A stretch of DNA of 62,974 nucleotides, the filler included, from Chiloscyllium plagiosum (Eukaryota), in assembly GCF_004010195.1 (NCBI RefSeq). It is 4 parts of one record of this genome, joined end to end, with 100 filler letters (N's around TTAATTAATTAA, not from the genome) between each part and the next. Parts side by side here need not be neighbours in the genome. Positions count along the whole stretch, not along the records: positions 9,777 to 31,842 come from NC_057711.1; positions 31,943 to 58,889 come from NC_057711.1; 2 more parts are not named here. One strand, given 5' to 3'. Positions 26,196-38,449 of the stretch are shown one piece after another. A program made the translations under genes and the position numbers. A model generated the notes under the pieces. That model saw nothing but the letters and a program-made list of their open reading frames with translations. It ran no database searches and was not told the origin of the DNA. Every line of letters starts with the position of its first letter. Positions within the stretch are counted from its first letter, which is position 1.

Positions 26196-26336
26196 TTTCA
26201 TGAGTGTGTCCCCATCCAGCGATTTGGCATTCTGTACAATCTGGGAAGGAATCAGTCACAGACGGTAGACAGAGTGTTTGAACAAATCTGGTCTTGGTCG
26301 CACAGCGCTTATTTTTCTTCTTCATCTTTAGAAGGG
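26196..26336 (-). CDS. HGFAC: HGFAC-like protease exon
   Basis: ctcctag|CC acceptor, A|gtaagg donor, 141 nt (phase 1 to 1). ALLKMKKKNKRCATKTRFVQTLCLPSVTDSFPDCTECQIAGWGHTHE; the LKKK..RCA..FVQ.CLP motif is HGFA-like. Confidence 0.92.
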
Positions 26337-26384
26337 CTAGGAGTTAAAATAAAATCCAGTTTATGGGATTTAAACGAATATATA

Positions 26385-26578
26385 TACACTCACGTACACA
26401 GACACACACACTCACACACATAGACACACACACACACATAGACACACACATAGACACACACACACAGAAAGAGAGACACACACACACATGTATATGTATA
26501 CACACTTACACCCAGAAGCACACACACACATATACACACAACTATACACACATACATATACATAAACACACACATACA
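26385..26578. repeat. (CA)n-rich microsatellite, resuming at 27307-27350
   Basis: Direct inspection. Confidence 0.88.
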
Positions 26579-27306
26579 TATTATGATGTAGAAGGTTGAA
26601 CCATTCTGTTAATTAAACACCAAGAAAAGCTTGCCTCGCCTCTTAATCTGTTAAAATGTGAGTGTCAGAGAAATCCAAGTTCCCCTTCCTCTTAATTGCT
26701 TATGATCTGACTCCAACTCGATAACAATATGCTGTGCCAATAAGGCACTTATGAAAATTACATGAACTTAATCTCAAAACCACATATTCCCAGTTTTCTC
26801 CGCTGTCTTCACTCTTCCTGCTGCTGATCTCCCTGGGTCATCGTCTTTCATTTTACTGCGAGTATGTTTCTCATGAAAAGGTACCTTTGATAGAGCGTTT
26901 TCTAATTTTTTTAGAGCAGTATGTTACATTGGCAGTTAGCTTTCCAGCAGTTTCTCTCTCTATGGCAGTTTCTCTCTTTACAGCAGTTTCTCTCTCTCTC
27001 TAATTTTCAAAATACCCGATTTATATAACCTCCATGACACACTGAACTTTTATAATTTGATTGGTCTCCAGGTTTCAAAACAATAAATTCAAACTCGATT
27101 GGATTTTCATATCCTGGGTATAATTTAACTGATTGGTAAAATTCGAATTACTGTCAAAACAGCAACCAAAACTCAGGTATCCATTTCACAGCCAAATATT
27201 ACATTTGGAACATCCGAACCTTTGGCTGGCAGCTGTGACTGTACTTTAAATTCAGAAAAGCACTTTCCATCTTAAAGTGACCATATATGCTTTTAACTTC
27301 GTAACA
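26579..27306. mobile_element. Probable solo LTR inserted in the CA microsatellite
   Basis: Imperfect inverted termini TATTATGA...TCGTAACA; the CA repeat resumes on both sides. Confidence 0.55.
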
Positions 27307-27427
27307 CACACACACATACAAACACGTACATGCACACACAGATATACATAGGCAGACAAGTACACTTTCAAGCAAAACTTCACAATTTCCCAGAGATAAA
27401 GGAAAAGGTAGATATTTGTGGTTTTAC

Positions 27428-27567
27428 CTATGTCATGTATGGTTTCATCAAACACATTGTATTTGCTGTGTAGAATGTATTTCTCAATTTCGAATACCTG
27501 AGTGTTTTTGCTCGTTTTATTAAAATGATGCTGTCCCAACACAACTCGGATTGATGATGTAAGGGGA
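27428..27567 (-). CDS. HGFAC: HGFAC-like protease exon with catalytic Asp
   Basis: tttttaag|T acceptor, G|gtaaaa donor, 140 nt (phase 2 to 1). SPLTSSIRVVLGQHHFNKTSKNTQVFEIEKYILHSKYNVFDETIHDI, with an N-glycan sequon (NKT). Confidence 0.92.
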
Positions 27568-29294
27568 CTTAAAAAGAGAGAGGATGTCAGATGGAGATAC
27601 ACGGGTGAAAAACAAATTATTCTTTGACAAATCTATTTCTGGTAGTAGTATCCAGCAAATAATAGTTGCAAAGAAAACTCCAAAACAATTACATTTGTGT
27701 ATCATATCTTATGCACCTAGGGTTTCATACGTTTATGATTCCAGTTGATCATGATAATGAACAAGTTAGATCCCAGAGTAAAACCTGGCCTGATAGGCCA
27801 TAACCTTTATTTTTCTTCTTTGGTTACCATGGCAGTCAGTCACTGTGTATAAGAGACTGTCATAAAACCATAGAATCTCTACACTGCAGAAAGAAGCCAT
27901 TTGGCCCGTTGAGTCTGCATCCACTATCTGAACAGCATCCCACCCAGAACCCTCTCCCCTGCTAGCTTATCCCTCTAACCCTGAATCTACTTTGCCTCTA
28001 CATCCCCGAACACTATGGGCAATTTGGCATGGCCAATTCACCTAACCTGCACATCTTTGAACTGTGGGAGGAAAACAGAGCACCCCAGAAGAAACCCATG
28101 CAGACACAGGGAGAATGTGCAAACTCCCTGTACAACACGCAATGTTCAAACTAACTATGTACTTCTAACAAAAAGAAACAAAAAATTATTACACAGTAGA
28201 AATGAGTTACATTGCACTGTACAAGTATTAGATGAAATGACCATATTACAAACATCAGAACTAAGAACAGTTATGGATTAAACCAAACCCCCTCAAAATA
28301 TATAAAGGAGATAGCCTAACCCCTAACTTACTTATAGGCAAGTGAAAGAAACAGCACGGAACAAATCTCATTAAAGGCACAATATCATCACAGAACGGGG
28401 TCACCCTGTCTCCACTTTTAAATTTCTTGTTCATTTGGTACGTCTATAATTGGTTTCTTTCGACAAATTTCTGCATCCATTCAATGCTATTTTTCTTTAG
28501 TGAACATCTCTTCCTGAGACCCTTAAACAAATTACTAAATCAACTTGAAGTAGAGAGAGACCATTTCAGTCTGAAGAAGTGTCTTTCAGCTCAAAACATT
28601 AACTCTGCTTTCTCTCTCCACAGATGCTGCCAGACCTGCTGAGTTTCCCCAGCAATTTCTTTCATTGTTTCACTCAAAGTAGCCCTGAACGAGGGTTCTT
28701 AAAATTCTTTTTCTATCGCCTTCTGTGACTGGAGCATTTGTCTTTCCAACTTTTAAACTTTTGCAGTTTATTTTGAAGATTGAAAAGCTAACAGCACCTT
28801 TGGTTCCATCTGATTAAAACTTTTCACACTACCCAATGCTTCTGAATGTTTCTGTCTTTCTGTGTTACTGAACTCTTCTTGCTACACTACCGCGATTTTT
28901 TTCTATATTTTCTCTAATGCCTCGAAAGGTTCACCTCGACGGTTTCACTACCTCCTTAAACTGTGTATAAAGAAACTCCAGCCAACCCTGCACCATTCAG
29001 AACAATTCAATGTGAAAGTATAAATTTGTCCCACCCTCTTGTAAAACACACATTCTATAAAAATACAAATCAAACTTAAATTTAAACATTGTTCTGCCAT
29101 TTTTGACCCTGGGTTTCCAAATAATAACAGAATAATATAATGAATCTTGATCACTACATGTGATGATGAATGAATTAGATTTCACTCAGACAGTGCTGAG
29201 AATTATGAATATACTATTGGAAATGGGTGCAGCGGTAATTACAGCACAATTATGTAATTATAATATAATAGTTATCATATAGCATAATTATAAC

Positions 29295-29840
29295 TCCCCT
29301 CCTGACTCCCCAAAGTTTGTTCACCATCTACAAGGCACAAGTCAGGAGTGTGAGGGAATACTCCCCACTGCCTGGATGGGTGCAGCTCCAACAACACTCA
29401 AGAAGCTTGACACCATCCAGGACAATGTAACCCCCTTGATTGGCACCACATCCACAAACATCCACTCCCTCCACCACCAGTGCTCAGTAGCAGCAGTGTG
29501 TACCTTCTACAAGATGCACTGCAGAAATTCACCAATGATCCTCATACAGCACCTTCCAAGCCCACAACCATTTCCATCCAGAAGGACCAGGGCCAAAGGT
29601 TCGAGGGAACACTGACACCTGCAAGTTCCCCTCCGAGATGCTCACCATCCTGATTTGGAAATATATTATCTTTCCTTCACTGTCATTGTGTCAAAATCCT
29701 GGAAATCCCCCCCATTGTGGGTCAACCCACAGCAGGTGGACTGCAGCTGTTCAAGATGGCAGCTTGCCACCAAGGGCAACTAGGGATGGGCATTAAATGC
29801 TGGCCCAGCCAGCGATGCCCAAATTGCACAAGTGAATAAA
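29295..29840 (+). mobile_element. RTE-X/L4-like LINE 3' fragment; relatives at about 45615-46055 and 48120-48445
   Basis: Codes IYKAQVRS..EYSP..WMGAAPTTLKKLDTIQD; tail AAGGGCAACTAGGGATGGGC. Clade assignment is from memory. Confidence 0.6.
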
Positions 29841-30244
29841 AATAAGATAAGATGGAAAAAAAATGAGTAGAATTTTGTAAAATTCGAGTCTCAAATACCA
29901 GAAGCACATGTTGCGACAATATTTTATAAGTCTATACATTTCACTCAGGAGAGAATCATGGAAGCAATTCCTTCCACTTCCAGGAAATGTTAAGGAAATG
30001 GGAGTTGGGAGCAATCTGTATTTTGTTTCAGATGGGTGGGGTTCCTATTGGAACCAATTTGATGGGAGTGCTGCTGGTGGTGGTACACAGGAACAGGAGC
30101 TGGCCACTCAGCCTTTTCAGCTCTTCTGCCCCACTAGTTGATTGGCCACTTGTGGTCATTGGCCATTTGTGCTAAGCCAGCACAAATGTGTTGGTGGACT
30201 CATAATTTGGTCTCGATTAGATCAGACATCGGTTACCCAGTTAC

Positions 30245-30485
30245 CTGTCAATGAAGCAATGGGCAGCAGAAACAACCCAACAAGAGAATATAAGGGATCC
30301 AGTGCAAAAGTTTCTTCCGATGTATATGGCGGCAAGCCAGGGGTGGGAGCCAGGCAAGGCTGAGGAGCCTCCAACAATCCTTGGTTTTGGGCCCTTCTGA
30401 GCCTGTTTCCCACATGAGGGTGATTGTTGAGGAAATATCGACACTGTATACCTTGCAATAGGAGGAATTCTCTTTGACCAGAAAC
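30245..30485 (-). CDS. HGFAC: HGF activator-like serine protease, exon with linker, activation site and catalytic His
   Basis: ttcag|GT acceptor, AG|gtaa donor, 241 nt (phase 1 to 2). Encodes ...[57 protein letters not shown], close to the recalled human [28 protein letters not shown]...[10 protein letters not shown]. Confidence 0.93.
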
Positions 30486-31391
30486 CTGAAAGGCAATGGG
30501 ACAACATAGAATGAGATAAAAACAAACATGTCACTATTTGCATACATGGACATATGAGAATGTATGGCTTAGGAGCTGGAGTTGGCCACTCAGTCCCTCA
30601 AGCCTGCTCCACCATTCATTAAAATCATGGCTGCCTTATTACATCACATACTTGCCTATCCCTGATAACCTTTCACACCCTTCTATCTTTTTATTCCATT
30701 TGTTCGTGGGGTATGGACATCACTGGCTAGGCCAGCATTTATTGTCTCACCCTTATTGCCGCAGAAGGCAGTCAAGAATCAACCACATTGCTGTGGGTCT
30801 GGAGTCACTTGTAGGTCTGACCAGGTAAGGATGGCAGATTTTCTTCCCTAAAGGACATTAATGAAGCAGATGGGTTTTTGTGACTACCAATGTTCAAGAC
30901 AAATAGCCAAGGTCTTTTCCCTGGGGTGGGGGAATCCAAAACTAGAGGACATATGTTTAAGGTGAGAAGGGAAAGATTTAAAAGGGACCTAAGGGGCAAC
31001 CTTTTCATGCAGAGGGTGGTCCGTGGATGGAACGAGTTCCCAGAGGAAGTAATGGAGGCTGCTTTAACGACAACATTTAAAAGCCATCTGGATGGGTTTA
31101 TGAATAGGAAGAGTTTAGAGGGACATGGGCCAAATGCTGGCAAATGGGACTAAGATCAGATTGGGATGTCTGGTCAGTGTGGACAAGTTGGACAGAAGGG
31201 TCTGTTTCCATGCAAAGTAACTCTATGGCTCTTTAACAGCTGTGAGCAGATCTAGGTACCACAACTTAGCAAAGTTATACTGACTTTAGAGGAAATTATA
31301 AGGAAACTTTATATATATTAGACCTGTTTTCTCCAGAATTTAGAATGTGATCTGATCAAAGTCTTAAAGATATTAACAGGAAAAGACAGAA

Positions 31392-31842
31392 CAAGGATGT
31401 TTCAGAGAGGGTACAGAATGTTCTCCTGGGGGAGAGGGACCAGCAAGAGGTCATTGTCCACATTGGAACCAACGACATAGGAAAGGAAAAGATTGAGATT
31501 CTGAAGGGAGATTATAGAGAGTTAGGCAGAAATTTAAAAAGGAGGTCCTCGAGAGTAGTAATATCTGGATTACTCCCTGTGCTACCAGCTAGTGAGGGCA
31601 GGAATAGGAGGATAAAGTAGATGAATACATGGCTCAGGAGCTGGTGTATGGGAGAAGGATTCACATTTTTGGATCATTGGAATCTCTTTTGGGGTAGAAG
31701 TGACCTGTACAAGAAGGATGGTTTGCACCTAAATTGGAAGGGGACTAATATACTGGCAGGGAGATTTGCTAAAGCTGCTTGGGAGGTTTTAAACTAGTAA
31801 GGTGGTGGGGGGGGACCCAGGGAGATAGTGAGGAAAGAGATC
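31392..31842 (+). mobile_element. CR1 ORF1 (SGNH esterase) fragment ending at the gap
   Basis: Codes VHIGTNDIG and DGLHLN motifs. Confidence 0.85.
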
Positions 31843-31942
31843 NNNNNNNNNNNNNNNNNNNNNNNNNNNNNNNNNNNNNNNNNNNNTTAATTAATTAANN
31901 NNNNNNNNNNNNNNNNNNNNNNNNNNNNNNNNNNNNNNNNNN
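31843..31942. other. Scaffold gap with artificial TTAATTAATTAA spacer (also 9677-9776 and 58890-58989)
   Basis: 100-nt blocks of N-TTAATTAATTAA-N, a six-frame stop linker. Confidence 0.95.
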
Positions 31943-33210
31943 GATCCAAAAATGTGAATCCTTCTCCCATACACCAGCTCCTCAGCCATGCATTCATCTG
32001 CTCTGTCCTCCTATTCCTGCCCTCACTAGCTCTTAGCACCAGGAGTAATCCAGATATTACAACCCTCGAGGACCACCTTTTTAAATTTCTGCCTAACTCT
32101 CTGTAACTTCTCTTCAGAATCTCAACCTTTTCCCTTCCTATATCGTTGGTTCCAATGTGGACAATGACCTCCTGCTGGCCCCTCTCCCCCGTGACAACAT
32201 TCTGCACCCTCTCTGAGACATCCTTGATCCTGGCACCAGGAAAGCAACACACCATTCTGCTTTTTTCCTGCTGGCCACAGAAACATCTATCTGTACCTCA
32301 GACTACAGAACCCCCTAACACAATTGATCTCTTGGAAGCTGACATACCCCTCGTTGCATTAGAGCCAGTCTTAATACCAGAAACTTGGCTGTTCGTGCTA
32401 CGTTCCCCTGAGAATCCATCACCCCGTACATTTTCCAAAACAGCATACCTGTTTGAAATGGGTATATTCACAAAAGACTCCTGCACTAGCTGCCTACCTC
32501 TCTTACCCTTCCTGGAGTTAACCCAATTATGTGACTGTATCTGAGACTTTCCCCCCTTCCTATAATTGCCATCGATCACATACTGTTGCTGTTGCAAATT
32601 CCTCATCGCTTCTATCTGACTCTCCAACTGATCCACTCGATCTGATAAGATTCGCATCCAACAGCATTTATGGCTGATATAATCCGCAGTAACCGTATCT
32701 GAGACTTTCCCCCCTTCCTATAATTGCCATCGATCACATACTGTTGCTGTTGCAAATTCCTCATCGCTTCTATCTGACTCTCCAACTGATCCACTCGATC
32801 TGATAAGATTCGCATCCAACAGCATTTATGGCTGATATAATCCGCAGTAACCCTTAAACTCTCTTTAAACTCCCACATCTGACAAGAAGTACATATCACT
32901 ACAAAGGCCATTTTTGCTCCTTCATAATCTACAGACCCAGAAAATAACACTGTCTTATTCCTCTACAAACACACTGCCCCAGGTTAAATTAATAGCTATG
33001 GCTTATATTTTAAGTTTAATCAAGAGACTTGCCTCCAAATCATATAATCAAGAAAGAATCCACTATACTCACTACTGCAGCCTCTCTCTTGGACAGACTT
33101 AAAACAACAATTAACTTATCTGATTCTGTGCTGTGAACTTCGCCCAACAGTTCCTCCAAGATTTAGCTGTGAATTTCACTGTTTGTTAATTTTCCCAGAT
33201 GCACTCCAAT
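31943..33210 (-). mobile_element. CR1 5' end with ORF1 (Zn finger and esterase)
   Basis: ICTSCQMWE...KCCWMRILSDRVDQLE, MVCCFPGARIKDV...HIGTND. Confidence 0.87.
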
Positions 33211-33264
33211 ATGGTTGGCATGAACTGGTCGGACCGTGGAGTTTGTTTCCATTCTGTATGACTC

Positions 33265-34700
33265 TACAACAAGGTGCTCCAAAAACCCACTGCATAGACA
33301 ATGCAGATTCCTTTTCTTGAAATCAGCTTTTTCCCAGTCCACCTGCATCTTGATGCCCTCCATGATTATTTTAATAGTGCCTTTCTTGGAATGTGACAGT
33401 ACTGTGCCTTTGAGAGAGAAGTGTTCTGTCCTGTTTCTCTTGCAGAGAGGTTTGCCAGAATTGTGCTGAAGTCCAGGGCTCATCTGCTATTTCCGCTTTT
33501 AAATTTCTTTTTACTTACTTTCTTGTGGACAGCTTGACTGCAGTGGCATAGGTGTCAATGACATCAGCAAGGTGCCAAGCGCATTGGAGGGGAGTTTGTG
33601 TTCCCAGCAGCAGTAGAGGGAGGCAGTTTTGACTAGCAGTATCTGCAGCAGCTGCTTCAACATGGCTGGTCTAGTTTCAAATCTGAGCCCAATTTGGGAC
33701 TCAGCAACAATCAGCAGCAGCTTAATTGTCAACACCAGCTCAACACTGGGGTTGCTATTTTCCTTTTGCAGTTCCTCAACTCTACCAACACAGATTCTAT
33801 GCCTTCCAACTCTATCACTTCTTGCTATTGATTTAATTTCATTTCTTACTAACAAGGCAACCCTACCCTCTGCTCATTTGCCTATCCTATCTATAAGATA
33901 TCCAGCATTGGAGCCAATGTCCCATGAATTCGAACCTATTTGTCTCACCAATCTTTGAGCTATGCCTTACTCTTGTTGGCCTTGCACCAAATTGCTCGTT
34001 GCTCAGGTAGTAAGCTAGTGATTTCCACCTTTTTAGTTGTGCTTTTTAAATTTAACCTCTAGCTGCTCATTTTCCCTGTCTTCCTATACAGTTGGTACCT
34101 ATGTAGAGGACACTGGATCTTTCTCCTCCCACTCCACGTTCCCCTGCAGCTCAGATGAGATATCCTGAACTAGAGTGGCACTGTGCAGGCTACACAGTCT
34201 TCAGGACTCTCAATCCTAGCCACAGAGAAGTGTCTATTCCCCTAACCAAATGATCCCTGATTACAACTATATTTCTCTTTACTCTCCTCTTTTGAATGGC
34301 TCCCTATACAACAGAACTATAGTCAGTTTGATCAGGCCCTACTCTCATCTACACAGGGAGCAAGAATCTCAAACAGTTAGATAAACTCCTTAAACACTAC
34401 TTACTGGATCCCTCTACCTGAATGGCTTGTTATCACACCCTCCTGTTCCTGACCACTAACCAAATTTGAAGTAGTTTAACTAAGGGAGACACAGGTTCCA
34501 GGTAATTCTCCCCCTCCCTGATATGATGCTCAAAGCTCAGTCTCCAGCTCATCAACTCTGCACTGAAGTTCCTCAAGCAACTAACACTTACTACAGATAT
34601 GATCACAATGAACCACAATGGGCTCCATCGGCTCCTATATCATACAAATACAATACATTACCCAGCCCAGCATATATTTGTAATGACTTAGTTCCTTAAA
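33265..34700 (-). mobile_element. Decayed CR1 ORF1/endonuclease fragments
   Basis: APE-like RVALLVRNEIKS and GFLEHLVVE segments plus degenerate ORF1. Confidence 0.6.
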
Positions 34701-36951
34701 CTTATATTTTTAAAAATTTTGCCTTGGTCTTTTAGTTTGTAGCCTGTAAATATATCCCATTTACCTTCAATCTGAAAGTAATCTAGGCAAATTAGTAGCT
34801 ATCACCAACCAATGAACTTATGGTTTACCTGTGATATCACTTCTTTGCGCTGGAGCCCCAGGCTTAAATTTATTCTGTTTAAAAGAAATACAAAGTATGA
34901 ACCAAAAAGAGCAAGCAGAAAGCACCTCTTCCCCTTTGCACCAACTTCCTATATTGCTTCCAAATTCCCTGAACTGTACACTCACTTGGGATCTCTTCTT
35001 CCTGACCACTTGAAGCTTACTGCTGAGGGATTACAAGCAGCTTGGGGCTAAATTAAAAAGCGGAATCACCAAGGTAATAATTTCCAGATTGCTACCTGAG
35101 CCAAGAGTAAATTGATCTAGGGTAAATAAGATTAGAGGGGTAAATGCATGGTCCAAAGACTGGTGTTGTGGAAATGGGTTCCAATTCATGAGGCACTGGC
35201 ACCAGAGCAAGGGAAAGAGAGCAGTCTCATTGGGGTGAGCTTCATTTGAAGTATACTGGATGCAATACTCTCAAATTGTTTGACTGAACTTGTAGACAGG
35301 GCTTTAAACTAATAAGTTGCAGGGAGTGTTTAATTGAAAGTAAGTTTTATCATCAAAAGAAACAAGACAGCAGAGGGTAAAAGAGTAGTGAAGTGATGAA
35401 TAGTAATCAAACTGGGAAATGAAGGGTAGAAAATATATATAGAGGAGTGCAGCAGAAATTAGAACCAGAATGTAAAAGAATGGCTTAAAAAAAAAATTAA
35501 AGCTTAAGGCTCTTTATTTGAATGCACACAGCCTTTGTAACAAAGCAGATGAGTTGATAGCATAAACAGAAATACATTATTACAGAGATGTGGTTATAGG
35601 GTGACCAGGACTAGTAACCCAATTTTCAAGGGTACTCCAGTTCCAGAAGATCAGTTGAAAAAAAAAGAAAAAAAAAGGGTGGATTAGGTAAGGGGATGGC
35701 CTAGTGGTAGTATGGCTACACTATTAACCCAGAAACCTGGGCACTTGGATTCAAATCTCGTCATACCTATAACTCTAACCGATTTAGAACAATGGGGATT
35801 AGGGGCCCTGAAGACGTAAAGGAACAATAATTCAAAAATCAAACCAGCTTCTAATTTCATGTAATTGTATCTTTTGAGGAGATACTATTACAAAATGAGC
35901 ACACAAAATTTCCACTAAACATCATACTTCATGTAGCATTTGAAATAAGTTTGTAACAAAAACAAATTGGATCCCTCAAACATCTAGGTCAGAAATTTAA
36001 ACTAACCTTAACATATGAGGAAGGAAACCTTTAATTTTACCATATACACAACTTCTGTACAAAGAGACAATGATTTCCTCTTCTTAGGCTTCCTTCTATA
36101 TCACATGGAATTATCTATGGAACAAATGTAATGGAAATCAAAAGGGAATCAGGATATAACGTAAGATAACTAAAGCATTTGCCAAGTTACCAGAGTTTGT
36201 TGTGATAATATGATTTGATCTTGTACAATTTTTATTGTTTAATAAAAGCAAAGTTTGTCATACTTCTCATTTAAGTCAATGAGGTATGGCAGCACTGACA
36301 AGGCCAGCATTAATTGCCGTCCTTAAATGTCTCTAAAATTGGCAGAGTCTCCAGGTGCTGGTTAATGTCTTCTCTAAGCTACACACAGAGGAACCCAAAG
36401 ATTCCCATAAGGTACTTGTAAACAATGTATTCAGATATATTATGATACCCCTCTGGAACAGGTGAAGGTTGAAACCTGTGCTCAAGTGGCCACTTTACAT
36501 TATTATGCAGGTGCAGCAATGCAAAGGAATTTAAAAGGCCTATATACTACAAAGAGGAGGTGAGGTTGCGAGCTGTACCCTCACACGCTTTAGAAGTGCA
36601 TCATAACATCCAAATTCAAGAATTCACAAGGCCAGCCATTCACTGCAGAACACAGTTGCTGACCCCCTCTTGTAGAGGATATTTATGCAATTGGTCTAGT
36701 TACATTTCTGACAATCTCTACATATAATTGTGCGAAAATCTGATGAAAATGCTTTTGAACGCCAAATATAAGGCAGTAAGTCTGTCACTGGAGGTGGTCA
36801 TTGCTTTCTGTCAGTGTACATTATTCGCCAGTTATCAACCCAAACTTAAAATATTGTTCAGGTCTTACTGCATGGAGCACAGACTACATAATTAACTGAG
36901 GAGTTGCAAAGAAAATGAAAACTGCGCAATAATCAGTGATAGGGATGGTCA

Positions 36952-37888
36952 AAGTTTGTGAGAAGATTTGTAGCTCGGGTGCTCGTTGCTGTGGTTCTGT
37001 TCGCCGAGCTGGAAGTTTTTGTTGCAAACGTTTAGTCCCCTGTCTAGGTGACATGAGCCTCCTGTGAGGCTAGCCACGAAACGACATGACCAGCTATCCC
37101 TAGTAGCCACACACGNNNNNNNNNNNNNNNNNNNNNNNNNNNNNNNNNNNNNNNNNNNNNNNNNNNNNNNNNNNNNNNNNNNNNNNNNNNNNNNNNNNNN
37201 NNNNNNNNNNNNNNNNNNNNNNNNNNNNNNNNNNNNNNNNNNNNNNNNNNNNNNNNNNNNNNNNNNNNNNNNNNNNNNNNNNNNNNNNNNNNNNNNNNNN
37301 NNNNNNNNNNNNNNNNNNNNNNNNNNNNNNNNNNNNNNNNNNNNNNNNNNNNNNNNNNNNNNNNNNNNNNNNNNNNNNNNNNNNNNNNNNNNNNNNNNNN
37401 NNNNNNNNNNNNNNNNNNNNNNNNNNNNNNNNNNNNNNNNNNNNNNNNNNNNNNNNNNNNNNNNNNNNNNNNNNNNNNNNNNNNNNNNNNNNNNNNNNNN
37501 NNNNNNNNNNNNNNNNNNNNNNNNNNNNNNNNNNNNNNNNNNNNNNNNNNNNNNNNNNNNNNNNNNNNNNNNNNNNNNNNNNNNNNNNNNNNNNNNNNNN
37601 NNNNNNNNNNNNNNNNNNNNNNNNNNNNNNNNNNNNNNNNNNNNNNNNNNNNNNNNNNNNNNNNNNNNNNNNNNNNNNNNNNNNNNNNNNNNNNNNNNNN
37701 NNNNNNNNNNNNNNNNNNNNNNNNNNNNNNNNNNNNNNNNNNNNNNNNNNNNNNNAGAGTGGCTGTTGGTTTGTGTGCTGTTATAAGTCCTAGTGGTCAC
37801 AGTAGTCTGGCTGTTATTTCAGAGATGTTCTTGATGTATGGTAGTGTGGCTAGTCCTTTGGGTTGCAGCATGACCTCGTTCCGTTGTC
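36952..37888 (-). mobile_element. Penelope-like element of a second family, spanning an N gap
   Basis: 13-bp TSD ATAGGGATGGTCA (36939-36951, 37889-37901); LATLPYIKNISE motif; terminal sequence with GCAACGAGCACCCGAGCTAC. Confidence 0.78.
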
Positions 37889-38449
37889 ATAGGGATGGTC
37901 ATTGATAAATCACCTGAACCTAGACAGTGCGCCCAAAGGAGGAATACTACATTTTCTAGAGTGACATACTTGACCTTCAGGAATTATATCTTCCCAATAC
38001 TAGATAGCAATCTCGTCAGTGGAGATTTTCCCAACGCCCCAGTTCCAGTTATTCAATTCTACTGAATGGTTTAATGCTTACTGAAAGGCTGCATATTGTG
38101 TGTCAAGGACAGTACCTTCTACTTCTGGAAAAAAACTGCTTTTGACCACATTTGGCTTCAATTTTGTTGCAGAAGGCAAAATTATTGGAGAGTAAAGGCT
38201 GCGTTACTTCAGTTTCAACACAACATTCATAACTTTGCAGGTAACTAGACATAGAATCATGCAGTAAAATGGGCCTTCACCACATCAAGTCTATGCTATC
38301 AAAAATACACCATTGCCTACAGTTCTCTCATTTTCCAACATGAGACAGATATCCTTGAATATTGTGTCATTTCAAGTATTCGTCCAAGTACCTTTTAAAA
38401 CTGTTATCCACCTCATACTACTCTCAGATGTCAGATCAGCCATTTTCAG

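Noticed and set aside
32537..32850. 158-bp tandem duplication in CR1 ORF1
   Set aside because: The copies look identical and lie near a contig end, so a gap-closing artefact is likely.
36041..36114. AG...GT-bounded segment as a candidate heavy-chain exon
   Set aside because: The only open frame (IIPCDIEG...) does not match kringle, EGF or fibronectin motifs.
36949..37800. Long ORFs here and at 44080-45083 and 60344-61398
   Set aside because: Length is due to N gaps, and the flanks are TE sequence.
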